Of a stretch of 64,000 bases of DNA, positions 1-7,143 are shown in pieces (within the stretch, counting starts at the first letter, position 1; each line of letters starts with the position of its first letter). The translations under genes were made by a program, and so were the position numbers. The DNA lies in the NCBI GenBank assembly GCA_008501735.1, contig QQUF01000053.1, forward strand, positions 61,163 to 125,162, given 5' to 3'. The stretch comes from Calditrichota bacterium (GTDB lineage Bacteria > CLD3). Under the pieces are notes generated by a model that saw only the letters and a list, made by a program, of their open reading frames with translations, did not search any database and was not told where the DNA came from.

Positions 1-1013
1 ATTACTTTTAAATACTTTTCCCAAAATTCCTTTCTATCAGTGTCTTGGACAATTTTACCGAAGAAAATGTCCATTATTTTTTCGGTAATCCAGTAATTTA
101 GAATGTCTTTAGCCTCTTCTAAATCTCGCTTTTCATTTTCAGAAAAGAAAGTATTCGATGACCATTTGCTTTCGTAAGTTGGATCACCAATTTTCTCGTA
201 AGCAAATTGTCTGATTTCTTCTTTCTCAAACACAGTTCCAAATTCATTTGCCCAAATTATTATTTTAGCCAAACACTTTTTCAGTGAAGTTTGGTTTTTA
301 TTTTGCTCCAAAAAATTAAAAATAGATTCAAAGTGGAGCTCAAAATCTTCCTCTCGAATTTTTTGGTAAGTGTAAGAAACAATAAATTCCGAGAAGTAAC
401 TTGTAGAAAGGTAATTTTTAATTTGTGGATTATTTTCTTGAAAATCTTGTAAGTCAATTTCCGAGTTTACAACTTCTTGAGCCCAAACACTCGCACCATT
501 ACAGTTAAAGAAATAATTAGATTTATCTCTCAAGAATTTGATTCTTTGATTTCTGTTTTGATTTTCTTGAATTTTAGTTCGTAAAAATGAGCGTAAAATT
601 GTTGAGTTCCTCTTGTCTTCCCAAATTTCAAGAAGAGTAAAAAATAAGCCGTAAATAAACCGGTAATGCCAATTTGTTTTAAATAAATCTATTGCAATTT
701 TTAATAAATTTGAGTCTTTGGCAATTGCAGTAAGATGTTCAGTGGAAAAAGTTAGAATCAAAGAGAACTTTTTTAAATTTCTTCTTTCTGAGTAAAACTT
801 CCCTCTTTCTTTTTTGTTAATAAATTTTCGGTAATAGAATTTACTGTCTCGAAAAGAAATTTCTTCTATCGGGGGAGTTTCGCCATTTTTAATTATTGTT
901 CCCAGTACACGAACTGCCTCCTTGACTTTATCTATTGTCTCTTTTTTAATGAAATGGTTGACATTTCTAAGTCTTGCCGTTTGTTGTGTTAATTCATTTA
1001 GTTCTTCAATCAT
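1..1013 (-). CDS. zorC: Zorya ZorC-like EH-signature protein (3' end runs off the window; absent from the ORF track)
   Basis: Manual translation from ATG at 1013, overlapping the zorB stop: MIEELNELTQQTARLRNVNH...; the same frame near position 1 reads KIGDPTYESKW...ILNYWITEKIMDIFFGKIVQDTDRKEFWEKYL. The GDP..W..W..FF..R..FW..Y pattern is typical of EH_Signature domains. Directly follows zorAB. Confidence 0.8.
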   Translation of the reverse strand, partial: MIEELNELTQQTARLRNVNHFIKKETIDKVKEAVRVLGTIIKNGETPPIEEISFRDSKFYYRKFINKKERGKFYSERRNLKKFSLILTFSTEHLTAIAKDSNLLKIAIDLFKTNWHYRFIYGLFFTLLEIWEDKRNSTILRSFLRTKIQENQNRNQRIKFLRDKSNYFFNCNGASVWAQEVVNSEIDLQDFQENNPQIKNYLSTSYFSEFIVSYTYQKIREEDFELHFESIFNFLEQNKNQTSLKKCLAKIIIWANEFGTVFEKEEIRQFAYEKIGDPTYESKWSSNTFFSENEKRDLEEAKDILNYWITEKIMDIFFGKIVQDTDRKEFWEKYLKV

Positions 1014-1710
1014 TGTTCTTGAGGCTTAATTTTAAAAGTTCATCGATTCTCTTTTCTGCATCAGTTCTAACTCGAAACTCAACTCTTCTCGAAACAGCTT
1101 TATTCTCAATTCCATTTTCAAAGACTAATTTGCTTGAAGATAGACCGTTTGCAGTAATTTTTCCACGACACCAATCTTTTAAATCTTTTTCATCAATTTG
1201 TAAAAGTGAAAATTCTAAAACTGCTCTCGTTCTATTTTGTGAAAGTTCCATATTATAAAAATAGGCTTTGTCTTCTTCAACTTGAAAACTCCATTCGCTT
1301 GAAGTATGACCTTCAATTCTTATTTCTTCAATAGCATCTCTAAATTTTTGTTCACTTAAAACGTTAATGTAACGAGGGAAGAAATCTGTCAGAATTTCCT
1401 GAAATTTATTTGACAATTTATAATCTCCTTGCTTAAATAAAATATCAGGCGTGTGAAACATAAAAGACAAAGTCAAACTATCAATTTCGGCTCCCCATTT
1501 GGGTAAATCTTCTTTGAACTCTAAGAAAAGATTGTTGTAAAGTTCTCTTTTTATTTCAACGTATTTTTCAGCAATATTAACTTTTTCCTCTGTCTCTTTC
1601 TCTAATCTTAGCAAAGTTGAGGAAAGAAGGAGAACAAAGATTAAAAGTAAAGCCGCCATCAAATCGCCAATCGAAAGAGCAAAAGCATTTTCTTCTTCAT
1701 ACTTTTTCAT
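1006..1710 (-). CDS. zorB: Zorya ZorB (MotB-like TM helix plus OmpA-type peptidoglycan-binding domain)
   Basis: TM helix SIGDLMAALLLIFVLLL with the conserved Asp; IEGHTSSEW, NMELSQNRTRAV and RRVEF motifs; coupled to zorA by a TGATG overlap. Confidence 0.9.
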   Translation of the reverse strand: MKKYEEENAFALSIGDLMAALLLIFVLLLSSTLLRLEKETEEKVNIAEKYVEIKRELYNNLFLEFKEDLPKWGAEIDSLTLSFMFHTPDILFKQGDYKLSNKFQEILTDFFPRYINVLSEQKFRDAIEEIRIEGHTSSEWSFQVEEDKAYFYNMELSQNRTRAVLEFSLLQIDEKDLKDWCRGKITANGLSSSKLVFENGIENKAVSRRVEFRVRTDAEKRIDELLKLSLKNND

Positions 1711-3614
1711 CAGTTTGCTCTTCTTATTTTCTCAAAAATACCCGTAAATTCTTCTGTTGTTTCACTCAGTTCTTCAACACTTGTTGCAAGAATTTTTGAT
1801 GCTTTAGACAATTGTTCTGAAAATTCAGACAAATACTCGTTCAAATTTTCTCTAGTAATATTTTGGTAATCACTCAATCCTGTGTTTAATTGGTTAAAAA
1901 TCCCTCCGAGTTTTTCTTCTATCGTTGAGAATTGGGTAACGTAATTTGCCCCTAAGTTTTTTGCTTCTTCAAGAGATTTTTGAATTTCATTAATTGTTTG
2001 TTTATTAATTTTCAAAAACTCTTCTGATTGTTTGTTCAAAATATTAGTTGCACCTTTAAGGCTTTCGGAAGTTGAATCAAAATTTTCAGAAGTAGTTTTT
2101 AAACTTGTAGAAAGAGATTTGAATTCAGATAAACTCCCACTTAAACCGTTAATGTTGGAATTCAAAGTTTTAATCAAATTTTGTCCTTCTTGGAAACTTT
2201 CCTTAGACTTCTCAATTAACTCTTCGACTTGCAACGTAACATCTGATTCACCTTCGATTAATCTTTGAATCGTTTTTTCCAATTTTTCAATTGTCTCTAA
2301 AGTTTTGGTTTGAACTTCGTTGCTTGAGTTAATCAAGTTTTTTTCCTGTAACTCAACTACTTTTTTAAAATCTTCTGCTATGGACTTGAAAATCCCTTGA
2401 ATCATTTCTGCATTTTCAGAAGCCGTTTCATTGGCTTTCGTGGTTGAATTCGAGAAATCCTCTTTTAGAGCTCTAATAATTTCTCCAAAATTATTAGCCA
2501 AATTATCGAAATGAGCCTGCATTTTTTCAATACTTTTAGGTAAATCATTTAATGATTTTACAGTTTCTCCCAAAGTCTTAGAAATATTTTCAAGTTCTGA
2601 GGTCGTTTCGCCTGTTAATGATTTTTTAAAATTCTCAATTAATTCTTGCATTGAGTCTTTTAATTCTTGTATCGCTTCTTGCAGAACTTTTTCGGCAGAT
2701 TCAGATTTTGTTGCTTTTAAGTCTTCAACTGCTTGAGTAAGTTTATTCAAAGCAGGAATTACTTGTTCATTAAAAACTTTAGTAAAGTTACTTCCTAAGA
2801 TTGTTCCAATGCTTTCAATAGTTTCTGTTGAAATTTGAATTCCGTCAGCTAAGTCAGTTGAAAAACTTTTTAAAGCCTTTGTTTGCTCTTCTTGGTTATG
2901 CCAAAGGTGCTTGAAAAGTTCCTTTGGAAAGACTTCCTTTTCTTCGTGTTCATAAACAAAAAAATCTTTCATAATCTTTTTTTGCTCTTCCACAAGATTT
3001 TCTTTTTCCTCTTCCGCTGAGTATTTAAATTTTGAATCTAAAAATGAAGAAAAGTCGTTACAATCTTGGTCGATTTTCCGAAACTGAAATTTTTCAAATA
3101 AACTAAAAAGGATTGAACAACCCATTCCCCAAACCGATGTTAAGAAAGCAGTTCCAATTCCTGTTAATAGTTTCTCAATACTTTCTTTTATTGTCTCAAT
3201 TGATTCAGTGTCAAATTCAGAAATTCCAAAAGTAAGCCCTAAAAAAGTTCCAAGAATACCTAAACCAACTAACAAATTTGGCACGTAAAGCCAAGTACGA
3301 TAGTTTAATTTTGTGGTAATAATTCTTTCAAAACAAAAGTAAGAATCAGCACTGATTTTAGTTTTGCCATTTTCAAAAGTATGTTTATAAATTTCCCAAA
3401 TGCTAGATAAATAAGAAATATTGCTTAGCTTTTCCTCATCAAAGTTCTCAACTAAATCTTTTAAGTCTTTGTTGATTTTATTTGTGTGTCTTAGCCAAAG
3501 AAACAAACCCGAGACTACTACTATCAGAATTAAGAAACAAATGATACCAACTGTCAGGTCAAATTCATTGTTTTTGGAAATTCTAAATGTCAGAACTGAA
3601 ATTATTGTATCCAT
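1710..3614 (-). CDS. zorA: Zorya ZorA (MotA-like TM helices plus long helical tail)
   Basis: PNLLVGLGILGTFLGLTFGI and GIGTAFLTSVWGM MotA/ZorA-type helices followed by ~400 aa of amphipathic helical tail; directly upstream of zorB. Confidence 0.9.
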   Translation of the reverse strand: MDTIISVLTFRISKNNEFDLTVGIICFLILIVVVSGLFLWLRHTNKINKDLKDLVENFDEEKLSNISYLSSIWEIYKHTFENGKTKISADSYFCFERIITTKLNYRTWLYVPNLLVGLGILGTFLGLTFGISEFDTESIETIKESIEKLLTGIGTAFLTSVWGMGCSILFSLFEKFQFRKIDQDCNDFSSFLDSKFKYSAEEEKENLVEEQKKIMKDFFVYEHEEKEVFPKELFKHLWHNQEEQTKALKSFSTDLADGIQISTETIESIGTILGSNFTKVFNEQVIPALNKLTQAVEDLKATKSESAEKVLQEAIQELKDSMQELIENFKKSLTGETTSELENISKTLGETVKSLNDLPKSIEKMQAHFDNLANNFGEIIRALKEDFSNSTTKANETASENAEMIQGIFKSIAEDFKKVVELQEKNLINSSNEVQTKTLETIEKLEKTIQRLIEGESDVTLQVEELIEKSKESFQEGQNLIKTLNSNINGLSGSLSEFKSLSTSLKTTSENFDSTSESLKGATNILNKQSEEFLKINKQTINEIQKSLEEAKNLGANYVTQFSTIEEKLGGIFNQLNTGLSDYQNITRENLNEYLSEFSEQLSKASKILATSVEELSETTEEFTGIFEKIRRAN

Positions 3615-3837
3615 ATTTTGCCTCTTAAAGTTTTTCCATAATTGCCTTTTCTCTAAAACTTTTTCTTTACGTTGTAATTTCTAACTTTTGGTAAGATAGG
3701 GCCAACTTCCAATTTCAAGAGAAAGATTTATAAAGATAATTTAAGATTGAATTTAGTCAAAAAGATTAGAATTGAAAATCTGAAAAGAAACAAACTTTTG
3801 GAGGTATTATGAAGATGGGTAAGAAATGAATACAAAC

Positions 3838-3870
3838 AAAAAAGCCTCAGATTATTTCTGAGGCTTTTTT
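3838..3870. terminator. Intrinsic terminator downstream of the tRNA-Val/Asp transcript
   Basis: AAAAAAGCCTCAGA-ttatt-TCTGAGGCTTTTTT hairpin with A/T tails. Confidence 0.85.
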
Positions 3871-3876
3871 GTTTAA

Positions 3877-3950
3877 CGGAATGGACGGGAATCGAACCCG
3901 CAACTTCCTGCGTGACAGGCAGGTGCTCTAACCAATTGAACTACCACTCC
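3877..3950 (-). tRNA. tRNA-Asp(GTC)
   Basis: Cloverleaf GGAGTGG/CCATTCC; anticodon arm CCTGC-CTGTCAC-GCAGG; T-loop TTCGATT; CCA not encoded. Confidence 0.97.
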
Positions 3951-3960
3951 CAAAAATTTA

Positions 3961-4035
3961 TGGGCACTACTGGACTCGAACCAGTGACCTCCTGCTTGTA
4001 AGGCAGGAGCTCTAAACCAACTGAGCTAAGTGCCC
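3961..4035 (-). tRNA. tRNA-Val(TAC)
   Basis: Cloverleaf GGGCACT/AGTGCCC; anticodon arm CCTGC-CTTACAA-GCAGG; T-loop TTCGAGT. Confidence 0.97.
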
Positions 4036-4241
4036 GAAGTTTCTTCTTTATCCTTTAGCATAATTGCTGCAGGAATTAGAATACAATAGGCGATAACTAA
4101 TAAAACAGGTCCTAATGTCAGAGAAATTGGGTTATTTGCAGGTCCTTGATGAAGACTTACAAACCCTAAAAGGAGAACTAAAAGTCCTACTCCAAATAGA
4201 ATGAAATTCTTTTTGGTTAATTTTAATTTACTCTTTGACAT
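4026..4241 (-). CDS. Small two-TM membrane protein, DUF3098-like
   Basis: KKNFILFGVGLLVLLLGF...SLTLGPVLLVIAYCILIPAAI pattern; own promoter; stop codon lies inside tRNA-Val. Confidence 0.75.
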   Translation of the reverse strand: MSKSKLKLTKKNFILFGVGLLVLLLGFVSLHQGPANNPISLTLGPVLLVIAYCILIPAAIMLKDKEETSGT

Positions 4242-4253
4242 ATTTGAGCGACA

Positions 4254-4282
4254 AATTTAATTTTTTATGTACCTATTGTCAA
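4254..4282 (-). promoter_or_regulatory. Sigma-70 promoter for the DUF3098-like gene and tRNA-Val/Asp
   Basis: TTGACA-17 bp-TAAATT on the minus strand. Confidence 0.7.
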
Positions 4283-4323
4283 CTCATTTCAATTGATGTT
4301 ATCAAAAACTGAAAATGAATTTA

Positions 4324-4396
4324 TGACTCGGGACGGATTCGAACCGTCGACCATCACCTTAAAAGGGTGCTGCTCTACCAGCTGAGCTACCGAATC
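4324..4396 (-). tRNA. tRNA-Lys(TTT)
   Basis: Acceptor GATTCGG/CCGAGTC; anticodon loop CTTTTAA; T-arm GACGG-TTCGAAT-CCGTC. Confidence 0.95.
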
Positions 4397-4411
4397 TCCA
4401 AAAGAGTGCCA

Positions 4412-4440
4412 AATGTAAAACTCATTACCAAGTTTGTCAA
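4412..4440 (-). promoter_or_regulatory. Sigma-70 promoter of tRNA-Lys
   Basis: TTGACA-17 bp-TACATT just upstream of the tRNA. Confidence 0.75.
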
Positions 4441-4513
4441 CTAAAAACTTAAAGAAAAATGAATTATTTTGAGGCAATATATTTTCAATCAAATTTGAAG
4501 TGATTAAGATGGT

Positions 4514-5122
4514 TTAGGAAAAAAGTCTGTTATTTAAATTTCCCCAAGCATTTGGTCCTTTACGAAACCAGTTAACTCTAAAAAATTCAACATCTAAGGC
4601 ATTTGCTGGTTCAAAGTCATCTTTTGTGTTGCCTACCAAAAGGGAATCTTTGGTGTTAGTTTTGAATTCTTGTAGTAGTTTTTTAAGACCTTCTGGGTTA
4701 GGCTTTTGCTCTGAAACATCCTCTGTGAAAACTAAAGAATCAAAAAAGCCAATTAAGTCAAATTTCTTGAGCAAAAATTCACCAGTTTCTCTATCTCTTG
4801 CTGAAAAAATTGCGAGTTTAACATTTGATTTTTTCAACTCGCTTAAAAGTTCGCTAACTCCTTCAGGAAGCCAAAATTTATCTAGGCTTTCGTAGTAGTA
4901 TGTTTGGAGTTTGGCTAAGCATTCCTCAATTTGATTTTCATCTTTTAGAAAATGTTCACAAAACATTCTGTCAGTTGAACTTGGTGCTTGAACTACCTCA
5001 AAATATTCGATTTCACGTCCAAGATAATTTTTTAGAAGCTCTCGCCACAAAATTACAAAATCAATTTTATTAAGAATTAAGGTGTCATCAAGATCAAAAA
5101 CTATAAGCTTTGGTAAATTCAA
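4514..5122 (-). CDS. HAD-superfamily hydrolase (phosphoglycolate phosphatase-like)
   Basis: Motif I VFDLDDTL, KPNPEG, and motif IV variant VGNTKDD. Confidence 0.85.
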   Translation of the reverse strand: MNLPKLIVFDLDDTLILNKIDFVILWRELLKNYLGREIEYFEVVQAPSSTDRMFCEHFLKDENQIEECLAKLQTYYYESLDKFWLPEGVSELLSELKKSNVKLAIFSARDRETGEFLLKKFDLIGFFDSLVFTEDVSEQKPNPEGLKKLLQEFKTNTKDSLLVGNTKDDFEPANALDVEFFRVNWFRKGPNAWGNLNNRLFS

Positions 5123-5123
5123 A

Positions 5124-5825
5124 TTATTCTCCTAAATAAAAGTTCATTCTGAAATTCCCATCTGTCATTTGAAATGAGCTTTCAAAAAGAATCTCTCCAA
5201 TTTCAGATGTGTTCTTGCAGTGAGTTCCATAACAGGCTTCTCTTCCAAGTCCTTCGATTTCGACGACTCTGTTTGGTCCAGTTTCGCAAGAGGTGTCAAT
5301 TCCTTTGACTTTTGGTCCGTCAATCGAACATTTTGTACCGAAATAAACTTCGATTTTTTTGCCTTCGTTGACAATGGAATTTGCTTTTACCAAAATTGAT
5401 TCAATCTTTTCACGAGAAATTGGTTCTTTTGTAAAAATTGAAAACCATTCAGGTAAAATTTTATGGCTAACATTTTTTTTAAATTTTGCAGGTAAAAAAT
5501 AAGAAATTAAATGGGCGGCAGAGTGTTGACGCATCATCAAAAAACGAAAATCCCAATCAATTTCAGCTTCAACAATTTCGTCTTCAAGTTCAATTTGTTG
5601 GTCTGTTACGTGTAAAATTGAGCCGTCAATTTCCATAACTTCGGTTAAAGGAATCCCGTTCAAAGTTCCTTTGTCGCAAGGTTGTTCGTCTGTTTGTGGG
5701 TGGAAAAAAGTTTGATCAAGTAAGTAACCGTAATGGTTTTCTTTTTGGAAAGTTTGTAAAACTTCGCCTCGAAAGTCAGTCCAGTAAGAATTTGAAAGGA
5801 AAAGTCTTGGTGTAATTGGATTCAA
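5124..5825 (-). CDS. AlaX-like alanyl-tRNA editing domain protein
   Basis: LDQTFFHP..QPCDKG, MRQHSAAH (HxxxH) and ACYGTH (CxxxH) zinc ligands. Confidence 0.8.
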   Translation of the reverse strand: MNPITPRLFLSNSYWTDFRGEVLQTFQKENHYGYLLDQTFFHPQTDEQPCDKGTLNGIPLTEVMEIDGSILHVTDQQIELEDEIVEAEIDWDFRFLMMRQHSAAHLISYFLPAKFKKNVSHKILPEWFSIFTKEPISREKIESILVKANSIVNEGKKIEVYFGTKCSIDGPKVKGIDTSCETGPNRVVEIEGLGREACYGTHCKNTSEIGEILFESSFQMTDGNFRMNFYLGE

Positions 5826-5892
5826 TTTTTTTCTTTACTAATTTTGTTTTGGAGGGAAATTAGAAAAGAGTTTGAGATTCGCAAACAAAATT

Positions 5893-6378
5893 TTAAAAAT
5901 CGTAACTAAATCCAATTCCGACTCCAAGACCTGAAAAATCTTTTGGGTTTATGAGGATTTTGTAGGAAGTGTAACCTAAGTCGAAATTCATTCTCATCTT
6001 TTGAGAGAATGGGAATTCAACTCCGACTCCCATTCCATTTGTAAGAAAACTTAACCCCTCCTTTTTTTCTTCAGGTTCGTCAAAAGTCATTAAGAAGAAA
6101 CTGCCGCCGAAAAGCCCGTAGAGCCTAAGACTCTCACTTTTGAAAAAATTAAATTGTAGTTCTAAACCAAGACTTAAGAGAAAACTGTCTGACTCTTCCT
6201 CATTTTCATCTTCGCTTCCGTCAAAGAAAAGAGTCGTTAGTTTTGTTTGTACAACTTCAGAAAATGAGTGGTTATAACTTAAGCCAAAACCTGAAAATGA
6301 AGAAGCGGAGATACCGGTTTGTGCGAAAGAATTTTGGGATAGAATTAAAAATAAAAGTGATGTTGGGAGAAATTTCAA
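5893..6378 (-). CDS. Small outer-membrane beta-barrel protein (paralog of the upstream gene); probable TTG start at 6378
   Basis: Signal peptide ending NSFAQ; alternating beta-strands; C-terminal YDF. Confidence 0.7.
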   Translation of the reverse strand: MKFLPTSLLFLILSQNSFAQTGISASSFSGFGLSYNHSFSEVVQTKLTTLFFDGSEDENEEESDSFLLSLGLELQFNFFKSESLRLYGLFGGSFFLMTFDEPEEKKEGLSFLTNGMGVGVEFPFSQKMRMNFDLGYTSYKILINPKDFSGLGVGIGFSYDF

Positions 6379-6379
6379 C

Positions 6380-6919
6380 TTATTTACCAAAAGTGTAACC
6401 GATTCCAACTCCACCACCAAAACCGATTTCATAATTTGAGTCTTTCAAAGAATTAATAAAATGGTAACCAAAATCAACATTGAAACTGATGTTGTCGAAA
6501 GTAATAGCTTCAATTCCTAAAGCAACTCCAAGATTAAAATCTTCGTCAATTCTTTTCATTTTGTTCGTTTCAATTAATTCGAAAGGTTCTTTATCTCCAT
6601 AAATATCATTCTGATACTCATCTTTTGAGTACCAATAACTACCACCTGCAAGGAGGTAAAGGCGAGATTTTTTAGTTTGGTACAAATCATACTGGAGTTC
6701 ACCTCCAAGGTTAAAATATAAATCGGAGCCACCATCGTTTTTGTTTCCTATGATAAAAGAAGTGGATTTGACAGCCCAATCTTCATTTATTTTATACTTG
6801 TAACTAAAACCTGCTCCTGAAATTGATGAAGCGGACATTCCGACCGTGTGGGTTAAGTTTTGTGCAAAAAGGTTGCTAACAAGAATTGCAAAAATCGAAG
6901 CAAAGATTAATGTCTTCAT
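6380..6919 (-). CDS. Small outer-membrane beta-barrel protein
   Basis: Signal peptide ending NLFAQ; G(M/I)SASSxSGxGxSY shared with the neighbour; C-terminal GIGYTF. Confidence 0.75.
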   Translation of the reverse strand: MKTLIFASIFAILVSNLFAQNLTHTVGMSASSISGAGFSYKYKINEDWAVKSTSFIIGNKNDGGSDLYFNLGGELQYDLYQTKKSRLYLLAGGSYWYSKDEYQNDIYGDKEPFELIETNKMKRIDEDFNLGVALGIEAITFDNISFNVDFGYHFINSLKDSNYEIGFGGGVGIGYTFGK

Positions 6920-7011
6920 TTTAAAATTTCCTCAAAATTTAGGAGTGTTAGAAAAATACTTTGCGAGTTATGACTTGCTTAGGAGTATTTTTGGCGACAG
7001 CGTTTAAATGT

Positions 7012-7096
7012 TAACGTTGCTATGGCGACACGAAATTCTTTTTCTCGTATTCTGCACATTCTGTTAGCATTTTAAAAGTTTGGCACGAATTCTGAA
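7012..7096 (+). promoter_or_regulatory. Candidate sigma-54 promoter (7081) with upstream activator site (7012-7030)
   Basis: TTTGGCACGAATTCTGA; TAACGTTGCTATGGCGACA, with a near-identical copy at 9808. Confidence 0.55.
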
Positions 7097-7143
7097 ATAA
7101 AGGTTAGTGAAGTAGAAAATTAACTAAAATTTCGGAGAAGAAA

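Noticed and set aside
1006-3614. Flagellar MotAB or ExbBD/TolQR
   Set aside because: The long helical tail on the A subunit, the EH-signature gene downstream and the absence of flagellar or Ton context indicate Zorya.
4406-4411. TGGCAC upstream of tRNA-Lys as a sigma-54 box
   Set aside because: It directly follows a well-spaced sigma-70 -10 box and is better explained as the discriminator region.
4289-4492. 67-aa ORF from the track
   Set aside because: It spans tRNA-Lys and its promoter, so it is a spurious translation.
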